Part shown: positions 10,087-20,340 of the stretch, piece after piece
How the letters are laid out: every line of letters begins with the position of its first letter
Position numbering within the stretch: position 1 is the first letter of the stretch
DNA from: a virus
IMG/VR virus record: IMGVR_UViG_3300044624_002142
Coordinates: 70,429-134,428 of that record
Direction: 5' to 3' (one strand)
Length of the DNA: 64,000 nt
Program-made: the position numbers and the translations under genes
The notes under the pieces: generated by a model
The model's input: the letters and a program-made list of their open reading frames with translations, nothing else
The model's database searches: none
Told to the model about the DNA's origin: nothing

Positions 10087-10115
10087 ATAGTATCAGACAA
10101 TCTATTCAAAGTCTA
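10087..10115 (-). promoter_or_regulatory. sigma70-like promoter (TAGACT-17-TACTAT), leaderless
   Basis: -10 box ends 6 nt before ATG 10080. Confidence 0.45.
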
Positions 10116-10129
10116 TATCTTATAACTTT

Positions 10130-10885
10130 ATGAAAAATATAATATTCACGCTCTTGTTTGGCTTTAATGTTTATGCTAATGGTGTTTTTTATGTTCAAAA
10201 AACAACAGGTGATGTTGTTTTAGAAAATGTGACAAATAATGTACTTTCAACGAATGCGCCGACCATTGGACAAACCTTTATGGTCAACGGTCAAAACTAT
10301 GCATTTAAAACATCAACAAATTCGGATGTAACTGTGGCATTTTCAAATGATGTCTTTGTTAAAATTAAAGAATCAACTCATATTACCGTTGATAACTTTG
10401 ATCAAAGTTTCATTAATACAAATTCATTGCCCGAAAAGGCCAAGTATGAAACCTATTCCAAATCGGTATCGTTAATTGAAGGTGAACTTGATGTTTATTC
10501 CAATCAAGAAGGTAATTCTGAATCTATTGATAATATTAATACTAAACTTGCATCAATAATATTGTCAAAAGGTAAATTTGTAATACAGGCAGATGATCGA
10601 ACCACGGTTATTATTATTCTTGATGGATCCGCTGTTATTTTAGACAATTATTCCAAACGAAAAGAAAATGTTAAAGCTGGTCAAACCGTGGTAATTGTTC
10701 CTGCTCCAAAGTTTCAAGGTCGTGGTGTTGAAACTATGAGACGTGGCAATATTTTTTCAATTAAAGAAACTGTAAATGGTGATGCTGAATCATATCTATT
10801 AGGTGTAAATTCGGTTGTTGATGCTTCTAAAAATGTTAGATTTTGTATAATAGATAAAACCATCCGTGGTATTAAAATTAATTGA
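10130..10885 (+). CDS. Secreted FecR-like beta-domain protein
   Basis: Signal-peptide-like N-terminus; T..NS.VTVAFSNDVFVKIKEST.I, LIEGEL, INTKLASI..KG.F, ILDGSA, VKAGQ pattern. Confidence 0.55.
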   Translation: MKNIIFTLLFGFNVYANGVFYVQKTTGDVVLENVTNNVLSTNAPTIGQTFMVNGQNYAFKTSTNSDVTVAFSNDVFVKIKESTHITVDNFDQSFINTNSLPEKAKYETYSKSVSLIEGELDVYSNQEGNSESIDNINTKLASIILSKGKFVIQADDRTTVIIILDGSAVILDNYSKRKENVKAGQTVVIVPAPKFQGRGVETMRRGNIFSIKETVNGDAESYLLGVNSVVDASKNVRFCIIDKTIRGIKIN

Positions 10886-10910
10886 CATTTCGACCATCTT
10901 AGAATAAAGT
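10882..10910 (+). promoter_or_regulatory. sigma70-like promoter (TTGACA-17-TAAAGT) for the polB operon
   Basis: -10 box ends 6 nt before ATG 10917. Confidence 0.5.
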
Positions 10911-10916
10911 TATAAA

Positions 10917-11150
10917 ATGACATTGGAAGAATTGTACTCACTTAATGATGATGAAACGTCAATGTTGTGGTATATCGTAAATAAAATTGATAGACCCGCA
11001 ATATATGGCATAGAATTAGAACCATCTTTGTTTCCATCAATTAATCGTCATTGGTTGACTGAAAAAATTTTAAAGGCAAAAGACTCTGTTCAACCAGAAC
11101 ATCTAACAATATATGAGAGTCTAACATCGAAGTTGGGTTATATTAAATAA
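10917..11150 (+). CDS. Hypothetical protein
   Basis: 77-aa ORF between promoter and polB. Confidence 0.6.
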   Translation: MTLEELYSLNDDETSMLWYIVNKIDRPAIYGIELEPSLFPSINRHWLTEKILKAKDSVQPEHLTIYESLTSKLGYIK

Positions 11151-11153
11151 GTT

Positions 11154-13697
11154 ATGTATCAAAACATTTATATAGATAAGAAAACAGAAACAGTGCACCT
11201 TTGGGATGACCAGAAGGGACATGTTACATTTCCAGTTCCTAAGTATGCGTATCGTAAGAAGTCAGGTGGACGTTATCGTTCTGTTTACGGGGATGAACTA
11301 GAAAAGGTTACAAACTTTAACCGTAATGATCCTTCAATCTTTGAAGGTGATGTTCCTCCCGAAACACGGGTGTTGATTGACGCGTACGAAAACAGTGATG
11401 AACCGTCCAAAGGACATCGTATTGTCTTTTTTGACATTGAGGTTAGTTCCGAAGGTGGATTTCCCGTTATTGAGGAGGGTGATAAGGAACTCACCGCTAT
11501 TGCTTTGTACGATAGTGCTACATCCAAGTACACGGCGTTTATTTTGGATAAAGATGGCAAACTTCAAGACAGTGAAACAACAGATACAAGTATTCAAAGT
11601 TTTGACAATGAGGAATCATTAATTAGTCATTTTATGAATAAGTGGGAGGAAATCCAACCCACGATTATTACTGGATGGAATATTGATGGGTTCGACGTTC
11701 CATATCTGTATAATCGTATCAAGAGAGTGATGGGTGCCAATTTTGCTAAAAGATTGAGTCCGATTCGGGAATGTTATTATAATAACTTTGCAAAACGAAT
11801 GGTTTTAGCTGGTATTTCATGTATGGACTATATTACATTGTATCAGAAGTTTAGTGGAAAAAATGAACCAAGTTATACTCTTGGTGCTATCGGTAAGAAG
11901 GTGGTCAATATCGACAAGATCACTTATACCGGAAGCCTTAATGATTTGTATCGTGATGACATTCAAAAGTATATTGAATACAACCTTAATGACGTTAAGA
12001 TTGTGGTTGCTCTTGATAAGAAGTTACAATTCATTGATCTTGCTCGTCGTATCTGTCACACCGGGCATGTTGGTTATGAACAATTTGGAACTTCATCACG
12101 ATACCTTGAAGGTGCCATATTGATGTATTTGCGTCGTCAAGGACGTGTTGCTCCGAATAAACCATTAGATGGACGTGAAGAATATGAACAACAATTGGAA
12201 GACGGAGAAGAAGGATTTGAAGGTGCGTTTGTTAAACCTCCTGTGCCTGGTAGGTATGATTGGGTGTTTGATTTGGATCTTACATCAATGTATCCGAATA
12301 TCATTATTAGTCTTAACATTAGTCCTGAAACTAAAATAGCTAAAGTTGAAAACTGGAATGCAGAAGACTTTGTTCGTGGCAAGTTGACAGATGTAGTATT
12401 AAGCGGACAAAAGTATTCATCACAAGAATTCAGTGACATGTTGATTCAAAATAATCTTAGTGTCGCTAGTAATGGAGCTGTCTATAAACTTCCAAAAGGA
12501 GACGGACAAGAAGGTACGATTCCTAGTATTTTGATCAAGTGGTTTAATGAACGTAAAGAAATGCGTAAGTTGGCCAAGAAGCACGCTGATGCAAAGGAAT
12601 GGGAATTGTATGAGTTTTATGATCAACGTCAGAAAGTTCAAAAGATTTTGCTAAACTCCATTTATGGTTGTTTGGGTCTGCCAGTATTTCGATTTTATGA
12701 TAAGGATAATGCTGAAGCAGTAACATTGAGTGGTGTCAGTATCATTAAGACTGCAAATATGGCCATCAACCAATATTATAAGAATGTTCTTGGTGATGAA
12801 GCAAAAGGTAAGGATTATGTTATTTACGTTGATACCGATTCTTGTTTTACTAGTGCTTTGCCTATTATTAAGAAAACGATGCCTGACATTGATGTAAATG
12901 ACGAAAAACAAATGACCGAAGCTATTCTGAAAGTTACTGCAGAAGCTCAAACATATGTTAACCAAATGTTTGATATTATGGCTCTTCGATTATTTAACGT
13001 AAAACAACATCGTTTTGATGCAAAACAAGAAGTAATCGCCAAGTCGTCGTTTTGGTTGGCTAAGAAACGTTATTGTCAGTTCATTATTAATAAGGGTGGG
13101 GTTGAATGTGATGAACTTGAGGTCAAGGGAATTGACGTGGTGAGAACATCCTTTCCTGCCAAGTTTAGAACTTTCATGAAACAATTCTTGATTGATTTGT
13201 TGAAAAACGTTGATCAAGAAACTATCAACAACAATATTCTTCAGTTTACAGAAGATATGAAGAACTTTGGAGTGATTGAACTTGCTAAAAATACAAGTGT
13301 GAAGTTCAAGAGCGAAAAGACTAAAGCTGATTATAATCCAAAGAGTCGTCAACCATTTCAGATTGTTTCTGGAACTCCTGCCCAAGTTAAGGCAGCGTTG
13401 TATTACAACGATTTGTTGGCACAGTTTAATTTGACCAAGATTATTCCTCCGATATTTCATGGTCAGAAAATTAAGTGGGTATATCTTAAACAGAATGAAT
13501 ATGGAATTGAATGTTTGGCGATGAAAGCAGATGGAACTGATCCTCAACAAATTATGGATATTATTACAAAATATATGGATCGTGATACTATGTATGAACA
13601 AGAGTTGAAGAGTAAACTTGTTGATTTCTATAAAGTTTTGAACTGGGAATATCCTAATTCAAACTGGAAAGCTGCATCTGCATTTTTTGAATTTTAA
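11154..13697 (+). CDS. polB: Family B DNA polymerase (T4 gp43-like) with 3'-5' exonuclease
   Basis: FFDIE, GWNIDGFD, YNLND, DLTSMYPNII, QKILLNSIYG, YVDTDS, KKRY, VKGID. Confidence 0.97.
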   Translation: MYQNIYIDKKTETVHLWDDQKGHVTFPVPKYAYRKKSGGRYRSVYGDELEKVTNFNRNDPSIFEGDVPPETRVLIDAYENSDEPSKGHRIVFFDIEVSSEGGFPVIEEGDKELTAIALYDSATSKYTAFILDKDGKLQDSETTDTSIQSFDNEESLISHFMNKWEEIQPTIITGWNIDGFDVPYLYNRIKRVMGANFAKRLSPIRECYYNNFAKRMVLAGISCMDYITLYQKFSGKNEPSYTLGAIGKKVVNIDKITYTGSLNDLYRDDIQKYIEYNLNDVKIVVALDKKLQFIDLARRICHTGHVGYEQFGTSSRYLEGAILMYLRRQGRVAPNKPLDGREEYEQQLEDGEEGFEGAFVKPPVPGRYDWVFDLDLTSMYPNIIISLNISPETKIAKVENWNAEDFVRGKLTDVVLSGQKYSSQEFSDMLIQNNLSVASNGAVYKLPKGDGQEGTIPSILIKWFNERKEMRKLAKKHADAKEWELYEFYDQRQKVQKILLNSIYGCLGLPVFRFYDKDNAEAVTLSGVSIIKTANMAINQYYKNVLGDEAKGKDYVIYVDTDSCFTSALPIIKKTMPDIDVNDEKQMTEAILKVTAEAQTYVNQMFDIMALRLFNVKQHRFDAKQEVIAKSSFWLAKKRYCQFIINKGGVECDELEVKGIDVVRTSFPAKFRTFMKQFLIDLLKNVDQETINNNILQFTEDMKNFGVIELAKNTSVKFKSEKTKADYNPKSRQPFQIVSGTPAQVKAALYYNDLLAQFNLTKIIPPIFHGQKIKWVYLKQNEYGIECLAMKADGTDPQQIMDIITKYMDRDTMYEQELKSKLVDFYKVLNWEYPNSNWKAASAFFEF

Positions 13698-13742
13698 TTT
13701 TTAATAATTTTTTATAAAAAAAATTTCATAGTTATATATCAA

Positions 13743-14642
13743 ATGAGTGATTTTACGTTTATAATTCAAGGACCATACAACACTACACATTTATTGATGT
13801 TAGGTAACCTTAAAAAAGAAGGAAAAGTTGTTTTGTCATGTTACATGTCTGATTTAGATAAAATTTCTGACCCAAGTGTGTATGACATGATAATACTCAA
13901 TGATATTATCGATACCAATATAGAGAAAATTTACAATTATGATAACGTATATCATCAAGTGAGATCCACGAAAAGAGCATTGTGTTCTATAAACACTGAA
14001 TATGCTGTTAAGTTCAGATCTGACTCTTTTTATTCCGGAATACCATATGTAGTAGATTCTATAAGAAAAAACTCAGAAAAGTTATCATGTGTGCCCATCA
14101 ATATTAATCCAGTATGGCCATATCAGTTTTGTGACCATGTAATGGGTGGACGAACTAAAAATTTGAAGGATACATTTGAAATAGCAGAGTCTATAATATT
14201 AACTCAAGACTTTATTTATGATGAAATTGATACTAGATTATGTCCTGTAGTATTACTTTTTGCATCTTGGCTTAAAAGTAAGAACATAAAAGGTGATGAA
14301 CCTATATTTAGTTATTGGATTAAAGATTTTTATGGTACCGATCCTAGAATGGCATGGAGTCCAGACAACAAAATAAGTGTTATGGTATATCAGAACTATT
14401 TTGATACTGTAGTAAATAACTTAAACATACTAGATATATATAATATGGAACCGTTTTTTGCTAAAAGCAACACTGTTAAAAAAACATTCACTAAAGCAAT
14501 AGATGCGATATCATGGCATGACAGTGTGTGTAAAACCGGACATAAAATGCGTGATATGAATTCATATATAAAAGCATTTTATGAATGTCATTCTGATAAA
14601 ACTAAAAACTTTATTAAACCAGTAACACACTATATAAAATAA
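13743..14642 (+). CDS. WavE-like LPS/glycan modification protein (copy 1)
   Basis: TFIIQGP, VVLSCY, NVYHQVRST..AL, YAVKFRSD, FCDHVMGG. Confidence 0.6.
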   Translation: MSDFTFIIQGPYNTTHLLMLGNLKKEGKVVLSCYMSDLDKISDPSVYDMIILNDIIDTNIEKIYNYDNVYHQVRSTKRALCSINTEYAVKFRSDSFYSGIPYVVDSIRKNSEKLSCVPININPVWPYQFCDHVMGGRTKNLKDTFEIAESIILTQDFIYDEIDTRLCPVVLLFASWLKSKNIKGDEPIFSYWIKDFYGTDPRMAWSPDNKISVMVYQNYFDTVVNNLNILDIYNMEPFFAKSNTVKKTFTKAIDAISWHDSVCKTGHKMRDMNSYIKAFYECHSDKTKNFIKPVTHYIK

Positions 14643-14645
14643 ACT

Positions 14646-15854
14646 ATGAATAAAAAAGTTATAAACGACATAGTATTGGTATCAAGTACAAATAATAACA
14701 ACGGTAACATTGTCACATACGATGTTAAATCAAAAACTAATCTTTGGGATGCTGCATATGCAATTGCAGTTGGACAGAGTGTTGGTAATCCTGAAAAAAG
14801 ATCTGAGTTTGAGTCTCGGGAATTGTTTGAAACGTATTGTGCAAAGATAATTGATACCAATAATTTTTCTGAAAAAGAAGGGTTGATTAATATCTATTAT
14901 CCTGACAATAATTTCAACTACAAGGAAGATGGAATTACTCATTTCTTGACCACAATTATGGGTGGACAACTTGATATCGATATTATTCAGAAATGTCGAA
15001 TTACAAATATTGAATTTTCAAAAGAGTTTGATCAGATATTCAATGGACCAAACTTGGGTCTAAAAGAAATGAGAAAATACTGTGGTGTAGATGAAAACTA
15101 TCCTTTATTTGGCGGAATTATAAAGCCAAAAATTGGTTTGAATGTTAAAGATTATGTTGAGGTTGTAAAGATTTACGCCGATAACGGATGTAACTTCATA
15201 AAAGAAGATGAAATTCTTTCCAATCAGTCATTTTGTTCTATAGAAAAACGACTTGAGAAGATTGGTGATTATCTCAGAACTAATAACATCAAAATGGTAT
15301 ATGCACCATCTATAACTTGTGATCATTTATATTTAGAGGATCGTATTCGTAAAGTACATAACTTAGGTATCAACGGACTTCATATCAACATTCATAGCGG
15401 ATATGGTGCGTATAAAATGGTTAAGGATTTAAGATTGAATTTGTATCTTCATTATCAAAAGAGCGGAGATAAGATGTGGACAAATCCTCAACACAATTAT
15501 TCTATCGACGAATCTGTTTTGTTTGAGATCGCAAGTCGATGTGGATGTTCTACTCTTCATGTTGGTATGATTGGTGGATATTTGGATAGTGATGAAGATA
15601 GTTTGGTTCGAACAATTAATAAGTTAGTATCATTAAATTCTGTTTCAGCATTGAGTTGTGGAATGCATCCCGGATTGGTTCAATATATTATTAATAAGTT
15701 GGGCCATTGTAATTGGATGGCTAACGTTGGTGGCGCTATATCGTCACATCCGATGGGGAGTGCAGCTGGAGTTCGTGCAATGAAACAGTCGATTTCTGGA
15801 GAACATGGTAAGGAATATCGTAATGCAATTAAAACATGGGGACTTAAATCTTGA
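14646..15854 (+). CDS. RuBisCO-like protein (form IV RLP)
   Basis: GQSVG, GP.LG, GGIIKPKIGL, NFIKEDE, LHVG, LSCGMHPG, VGGAISSHPMG..AG..AM; lacks the loop-6 Lys. Confidence 0.92.
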   Translation: MNKKVINDIVLVSSTNNNNGNIVTYDVKSKTNLWDAAYAIAVGQSVGNPEKRSEFESRELFETYCAKIIDTNNFSEKEGLINIYYPDNNFNYKEDGITHFLTTIMGGQLDIDIIQKCRITNIEFSKEFDQIFNGPNLGLKEMRKYCGVDENYPLFGGIIKPKIGLNVKDYVEVVKIYADNGCNFIKEDEILSNQSFCSIEKRLEKIGDYLRTNNIKMVYAPSITCDHLYLEDRIRKVHNLGINGLHINIHSGYGAYKMVKDLRLNLYLHYQKSGDKMWTNPQHNYSIDESVLFEIASRCGCSTLHVGMIGGYLDSDEDSLVRTINKLVSLNSVSALSCGMHPGLVQYIINKLGHCNWMANVGGAISSHPMGSAAGVRAMKQSISGEHGKEYRNAIKTWGLKS

Positions 15855-15856
15855 GT

Positions 15857-16573
15857 ATGAATGTTGTTATACCAGCTGCTGGATTGGGTACTAGGTTTAA
15901 TACCACAATTCCAAAACCATTGTTGGATGTTAATGGATTGCCGATGTTAGCTAGAGTTATAAATAACTTTTATAATAGTGATGTAAAGTTTTTTGTATGT
16001 ATTCTTAAAGAACATCAACAGAAATTTAATATTATAGATAATGTAAAAGACTACTGTGATACATCGATGGTTAAATATTTTATTATTGATGAACTGACAG
16101 ATGGGCCGGCAAGAACATCATATTTTTCAAAACCACATATTAATATTAATGAACCGTTGATTATAACAAACTGTGATCAGGTTATTTTTGACTTAGACTT
16201 AAATCGATTGATGTCTTTTGCCGAAAAGAATTCGGCAGATGGTGTACTTGGTACGTTTTATTCAAATAGTCCTAAAAACAGTTACGTTAGACTAAATGAT
16301 GACGGATTAATTACACAAGTTAAAGAAAAAGAAGTAATAAGTAATTATGCTACCAATGGTCTTCATTTTTGGACAAAAGGATCTTCTTTCTTTGATTCGT
16401 GTGATGAAATGTTTTCACGAAACGACAGATCAAACAATGAGTTTTATGTTGCACCAAGTTATAACTATATGATAAAAAAAGGAATGAAAGTAGTTCAGTA
16501 TTTTTTCAATGAACACTTTCCTATTGGAATACCACAAGATTTAGATAAATTTAGAAAGTTAAATTATATATGA
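15857..16573 (+). CDS. Sugar-phosphate nucleotidyltransferase (NTP_transferase/GT-A)
   Basis: VVIPAAGLGTRF, PKPLLDV.G.PM, ITNCDQ, EKEVIS, NEFYVAP.YN. Confidence 0.85.
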   Translation: MNVVIPAAGLGTRFNTTIPKPLLDVNGLPMLARVINNFYNSDVKFFVCILKEHQQKFNIIDNVKDYCDTSMVKYFIIDELTDGPARTSYFSKPHININEPLIITNCDQVIFDLDLNRLMSFAEKNSADGVLGTFYSNSPKNSYVRLNDDGLITQVKEKEVISNYATNGLHFWTKGSSFFDSCDEMFSRNDRSNNEFYVAPSYNYMIKKGMKVVQYFFNEHFPIGIPQDLDKFRKLNYI

Positions 16574-17205
16574 ACAAACAATTACAAAATGATTTTGTAC
16601 GATACACTTCCAATGGACAATTGATTCTATCCGAATACCACTGCGGTCCCGGATCTACGTTATGGTATACACGTCCTATTAGAAGTGTATTTGTAGAGTT
16701 TTTAAAAAAACACAATATTAACAGTATGTTAGATGCTCCATGTGGAGATCATCAATGGATGAGTTTAATAAAGTTCCCAAATGAATTTGATTATATTGGA
16801 GGAGATCTTCATGAAGATATGATTTCTAGAAATAACAATATATATGGAAACAAATTTATTCAACTTGATATTACCGAAGATCAATTACCTTCAAAAGATT
16901 TGATTTTTGTGAGAGATTGTTTGTTTCATCTTACCGATGATATGAAAAGAAAGTTTTTTAGTAATTTATTGAAAACAGACTTTAAGTTTTTACTTACATC
17001 AAATCATCCAAGATGTAATATTAATGTTCCTAATATTATAAACGGTGAAACGTTTCAAGAAATTAATTGGAATATTTCCCCTTGGAATTTCCCAACTCCA
17101 ATTGATACTATCGTGGATTATAATGAATCTGATGATAGATTTAATCCATATCCATATCGAACAATGGAACTTTGGTCTAAAGAACAACTCGAAACAATTT
17201 TATAA
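16570..17205 (+). CDS. Class I SAM-dependent methyltransferase-like protein
   Basis: GPGST, SMLDAPCGD, YIGGD, DLIFVRDCLFHL. Confidence 0.7.
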   Translation: MNKQLQNDFVRYTSNGQLILSEYHCGPGSTLWYTRPIRSVFVEFLKKHNINSMLDAPCGDHQWMSLIKFPNEFDYIGGDLHEDMISRNNNIYGNKFIQLDITEDQLPSKDLIFVRDCLFHLTDDMKRKFFSNLLKTDFKFLLTSNHPRCNINVPNIINGETFQEINWNISPWNFPTPIDTIVDYNESDDRFNPYPYRTMELWSKEQLETIL

Positions 17206-17210
17206 ATGAT

Positions 17211-17537
17211 ATGCGAGTATTTGATTCTAAACCATTTATGGATAAAGGTGGTTGGTTTATTGGAGATTTTGAACCAACAGTGTTTAAAACCACATCATTT
17301 GAGGTATCATATAAACTTCATCATAAAGGAGAAGATTGGCCAAAACACTATCATAAGATAAGTGAAGAAATAAACTTTCTAATTCGTGGAAAAATGACTA
17401 TTAATAATACAGTTATTGATGCAGGAACCATATTTATCATTGACAGATATGAATCTGTAAAACCTATATTCTTAGAAGATTGTGAACTAATTGTTGTAAA
17501 GGTTCCATCTTCAAAGAATGACAAATACGAAAATTAA
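17211..17537 (+). CDS. Cupin-fold protein
   Basis: GWFIGDFEP, HYHKISEEIN, VVKVPS. Confidence 0.75.
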   Translation: MRVFDSKPFMDKGGWFIGDFEPTVFKTTSFEVSYKLHHKGEDWPKHYHKISEEINFLIRGKMTINNTVIDAGTIFIIDRYESVKPIFLEDCELIVVKVPSSKNDKYEN

Positions 17538-17539
17538 TT

Positions 17540-18172
17540 ATGTTTACGATAGATCAAAATTTATATACTCAGACCCCATCCAATATCAATGGACTTTCTT
17601 ATCTTCCATCTTTCAAAAATGAAGCTGATAACGATGTTGATTGGCCAGGACATATTGCACCATTTAATGAAATTATAGAGGAAATCACTGATGCTAATAA
17701 AGAAGCATTGGATGATATATTGAGTAAGGTTAATGTAAAAAATGTTATTGAAATTGGTATTGCTCGTAATAATAAAAGATCGTTTACTACACAATTACTT
17801 TACGCCAAAAAAGGTATTTATTGTGGTATTGATCTTGATGACAAGACTTTTTTGAATGATGATTTGAATCGTGTATACACAATCAAAGCTAATTCACATG
17901 ATCAGGTAAATATACGTTCTTATTTAAATACCATCGGACTTCATAAGTGTTCAGTGTTGTTTATCGATGGATGGCATTCAGTGAATACTGTTATTAATGA
18001 CTGGACATATACTGACTTACTTGATGATAAAGGTGTAGTTATTTTTCATGATACTAACTATCATCCGGGACCAAATCTTGTTGTACCAGCAGTTGATCGA
18101 TCTATGTATAGAGTTGTAAAGTATTGTGATGGAGGATCTGATTGGGGTATTGCTGCCGCATACAAACTGTGA
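17540..18172 (+). CDS. Class I SAM methyltransferase (Methyltransf_24-like)
   Basis: VIEIGI, LFIDGWHS, GVVIFHDT, WGIA. Confidence 0.7.
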   Translation: MFTIDQNLYTQTPSNINGLSYLPSFKNEADNDVDWPGHIAPFNEIIEEITDANKEALDDILSKVNVKNVIEIGIARNNKRSFTTQLLYAKKGIYCGIDLDDKTFLNDDLNRVYTIKANSHDQVNIRSYLNTIGLHKCSVLFIDGWHSVNTVINDWTYTDLLDDKGVVIFHDTNYHPGPNLVVPAVDRSMYRVVKYCDGGSDWGIAAAYKL

Positions 18173-18198
18173 AGGATCTAATATTACAAAATTAGTTT

Positions 18199-18960
18199 AT
18201 GAATATAGCAATTATCATTTCTGGAAGAATAGATTTGTTTGAACAATCAGTTTTTGAAAATTATAATAATATAATTAATCCATTAATTAACAATGGACAC
18301 ACAGTAAATATTTTCATGTCTATATGGAATCATCATGATCAAGATATGTTGTTAAGAGCATATCAACCATATGTAAAAGTTTTTGATACTGAAACTTTTA
18401 CTGATTATACAGCTGGATTGATAAAGGATATGGTTCCGTATGAAATTCTTGTAAAGTTATTTGGTCATTCTGAAGAAAATAAAGTTTCTAATACACTATA
18501 CTGGATGTATAAATTAAAGCGTGCATATAAATTTGTAAAGGAATATGAACGTGTTAATAATATTGAACATGATTTGTACATTCGATTAAGACCCGATGTA
18601 ACATGTTGTGATCCTATTGATATACATCAACTTACTACGTTGAATGATTCATCAATTATAGTTCATGTAGATCACATTTTGGTAAAAGATGATAAATTTT
18701 ATGGATGTGGAGAAGGTTGGATCGATGATAATTTATGTATTGCAAAACAACGACCATTTGAAACATTTTGTAATACATATGACGATATAATAAATTTATG
18801 TTTAATGACCGGATCTTGTATATCACATATATTGTTACAAAAACAATTTGAATTAAATAATATAAAAACAATAAGACCTAATTCTCCATTAATTATTTAT
18901 CGAAAAGGTGATATTAATAATCCTGTTTTAAAATTTTATCATTTTGAACATTGTTATTAA
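18199..18960 (+). CDS. Putative glycosyltransferase-like protein
   Basis: MNIAIIISGR, IFMSIW, HDLYIRLRPD pattern seen in glycan-cluster proteins. Confidence 0.5.
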   Translation: MNIAIIISGRIDLFEQSVFENYNNIINPLINNGHTVNIFMSIWNHHDQDMLLRAYQPYVKVFDTETFTDYTAGLIKDMVPYEILVKLFGHSEENKVSNTLYWMYKLKRAYKFVKEYERVNNIEHDLYIRLRPDVTCCDPIDIHQLTTLNDSSIIVHVDHILVKDDKFYGCGEGWIDDNLCIAKQRPFETFCNTYDDIINLCLMTGSCISHILLQKQFELNNIKTIRPNSPLIIYRKGDINNPVLKFYHFEHCY

Positions 18961-18970
18961 ATGTACTTTT

Positions 18971-20338
18971 ATGATAAAATTAATTGTTTTTGATTTAGAC
19001 GGTGTTTTGGTTGAAACTAAAAAACTTCACTATGATGCTTTAAATAAAGCGTTACGTGATGTCGATCCAAAGTATGAGATTTCATACGATGAACATCTTG
19101 CTAAGTATGATGGACTTAGTACTCATAAAAAATTAGATTTACTTGGTCGTGAAAAAGGATTATCTGGAATGGAGTTTGAAAGTGTATGGTTTCGTAAACA
19201 AGTATACACCTCACAAATGTTACGTGAATTGACTCCGGATACAAGACTTATAGAAGTTCTCCGAAAGTTAAAACAAAAATATACTATTGCTGTTGCTAGC
19301 AATAGTATTCGTGATAGTGTTAAAATAACTCTACTAAAGTTGGGGTTATTGGAATACGTTGATTTTTATTTGTCTAATGAAGATGTAAAACATCCAAAAC
19401 CACATCCTGAGATCTATTTGAGATCAATGATTCAATCAGGTGCAACACCAAAAGAAACCATTATAATTGAAGATAGTGTTATTGGACGTAATGCTGCAAA
19501 CAATAGTGGTGCTTATTTACTGGGAGTAAATAATCCAACAGATGTAACGTATGAAAATATTACGGAACATATAGATTGTATCAATAAAAATACTAAAAGA
19601 CCAAAATGGCAAGGAGGAAAAATGAATGTTTTAATACCAATGGCAGGCGCAGGTAGTCGATTTGAAAAGGCTGGATATACATTTCCTAAACCTTTGATTG
19701 ATGTACGTGGAAAGCCCATGATTCAATGGGTAGTTGACAATTTGAACGTAGACGCCAAGTATATTTTTATTGTTCAGAAAAGTCATTTTGAAAAGTACAA
19801 CCTTAAAGATACACTTGATAATTTCTGTCCAAATAATAAAATTGTTCAGATTGAAGGAATTACCGAAGGTGCTGCTTGTACGACACTATTAGCAAAACAA
19901 TATATTAATAAGGATGAACCTTTGATTATTGCCAACAGTGATCAATTTGTTGAGTGGAATAACGAAGAGTTTATTTATACATCTACCACTGGAGATTTAG
20001 ATGGTAATATTCTTACGTTTAAATCTACACACCCCAAGTGGAGTTATGCAAAAATCAATGAATTAGGATATGTGACTGAAGTTGCTGAAAAACGTCCTAT
20101 AAGTGATATTGCGACTGTAGGCATATACTATTGGAGAAAGGGCAGTGACTATGTTAAGTATGCTGAACAAATGATTCAAAAGAACATTCGTGTCAACAAT
20201 GAATTTTATGTGTGTCCGGTCTTCAATGAAGCCATTTCTGACGGTAAAAAGGTTCGTACATTTAATATTGAAAAGATGTGGGGTCTTGGAACCCCTGAAG
20301 ATTTAGAAAATTTTTTAAAAAATTACGAAAAACATTAA
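18971..20338 (+). CDS. HAD phosphatase / nucleotidyltransferase fusion
   Basis: N-terminal FDLDGVL, ASNS, KPHPEIY, IEDS; C-terminal LIPMAGAGSRF, PKPLIDV, ANSDQ, NEFYV. Confidence 0.88.
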   Translation: MIKLIVFDLDGVLVETKKLHYDALNKALRDVDPKYEISYDEHLAKYDGLSTHKKLDLLGREKGLSGMEFESVWFRKQVYTSQMLRELTPDTRLIEVLRKLKQKYTIAVASNSIRDSVKITLLKLGLLEYVDFYLSNEDVKHPKPHPEIYLRSMIQSGATPKETIIIEDSVIGRNAANNSGAYLLGVNNPTDVTYENITEHIDCINKNTKRPKWQGGKMNVLIPMAGAGSRFEKAGYTFPKPLIDVRGKPMIQWVVDNLNVDAKYIFIVQKSHFEKYNLKDTLDNFCPNNKIVQIEGITEGAACTTLLAKQYINKDEPLIIANSDQFVEWNNEEFIYTSTTGDLDGNILTFKSTHPKWSYAKINELGYVTEVAEKRPISDIATVGIYYWRKGSDYVKYAEQMIQKNIRVNNEFYVCPVFNEAISDGKKVRTFNIEKMWGLGTPEDLENFLKNYEKH

Positions 20339-20340
20339 AT

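Noticed and set aside
12990-13601. 203-aa antisense ORF and the many other short overlapping ORFs in the track
   Set aside because: They lie opposite or out of frame within well-supported genes and have no motifs; treated as shadow ORFs
11154-13697. Intein or intron in DNA polymerase
   Set aside because: Uninterrupted 847-aa ORF with normally spaced motifs
14646-15854. True RuBisCO / phage carbon fixation
   Set aside because: Loop-6 Lys and the H294/R295 equivalents are substituted; no small subunit or phosphoribulokinase gene
14646-20338. Methionine salvage operon (RLP + HAD + cupin)
   Set aside because: No MtnK, MtnA or MtnB visible; the HAD is fused to an NTP-transferase and the context is glycan synthesis
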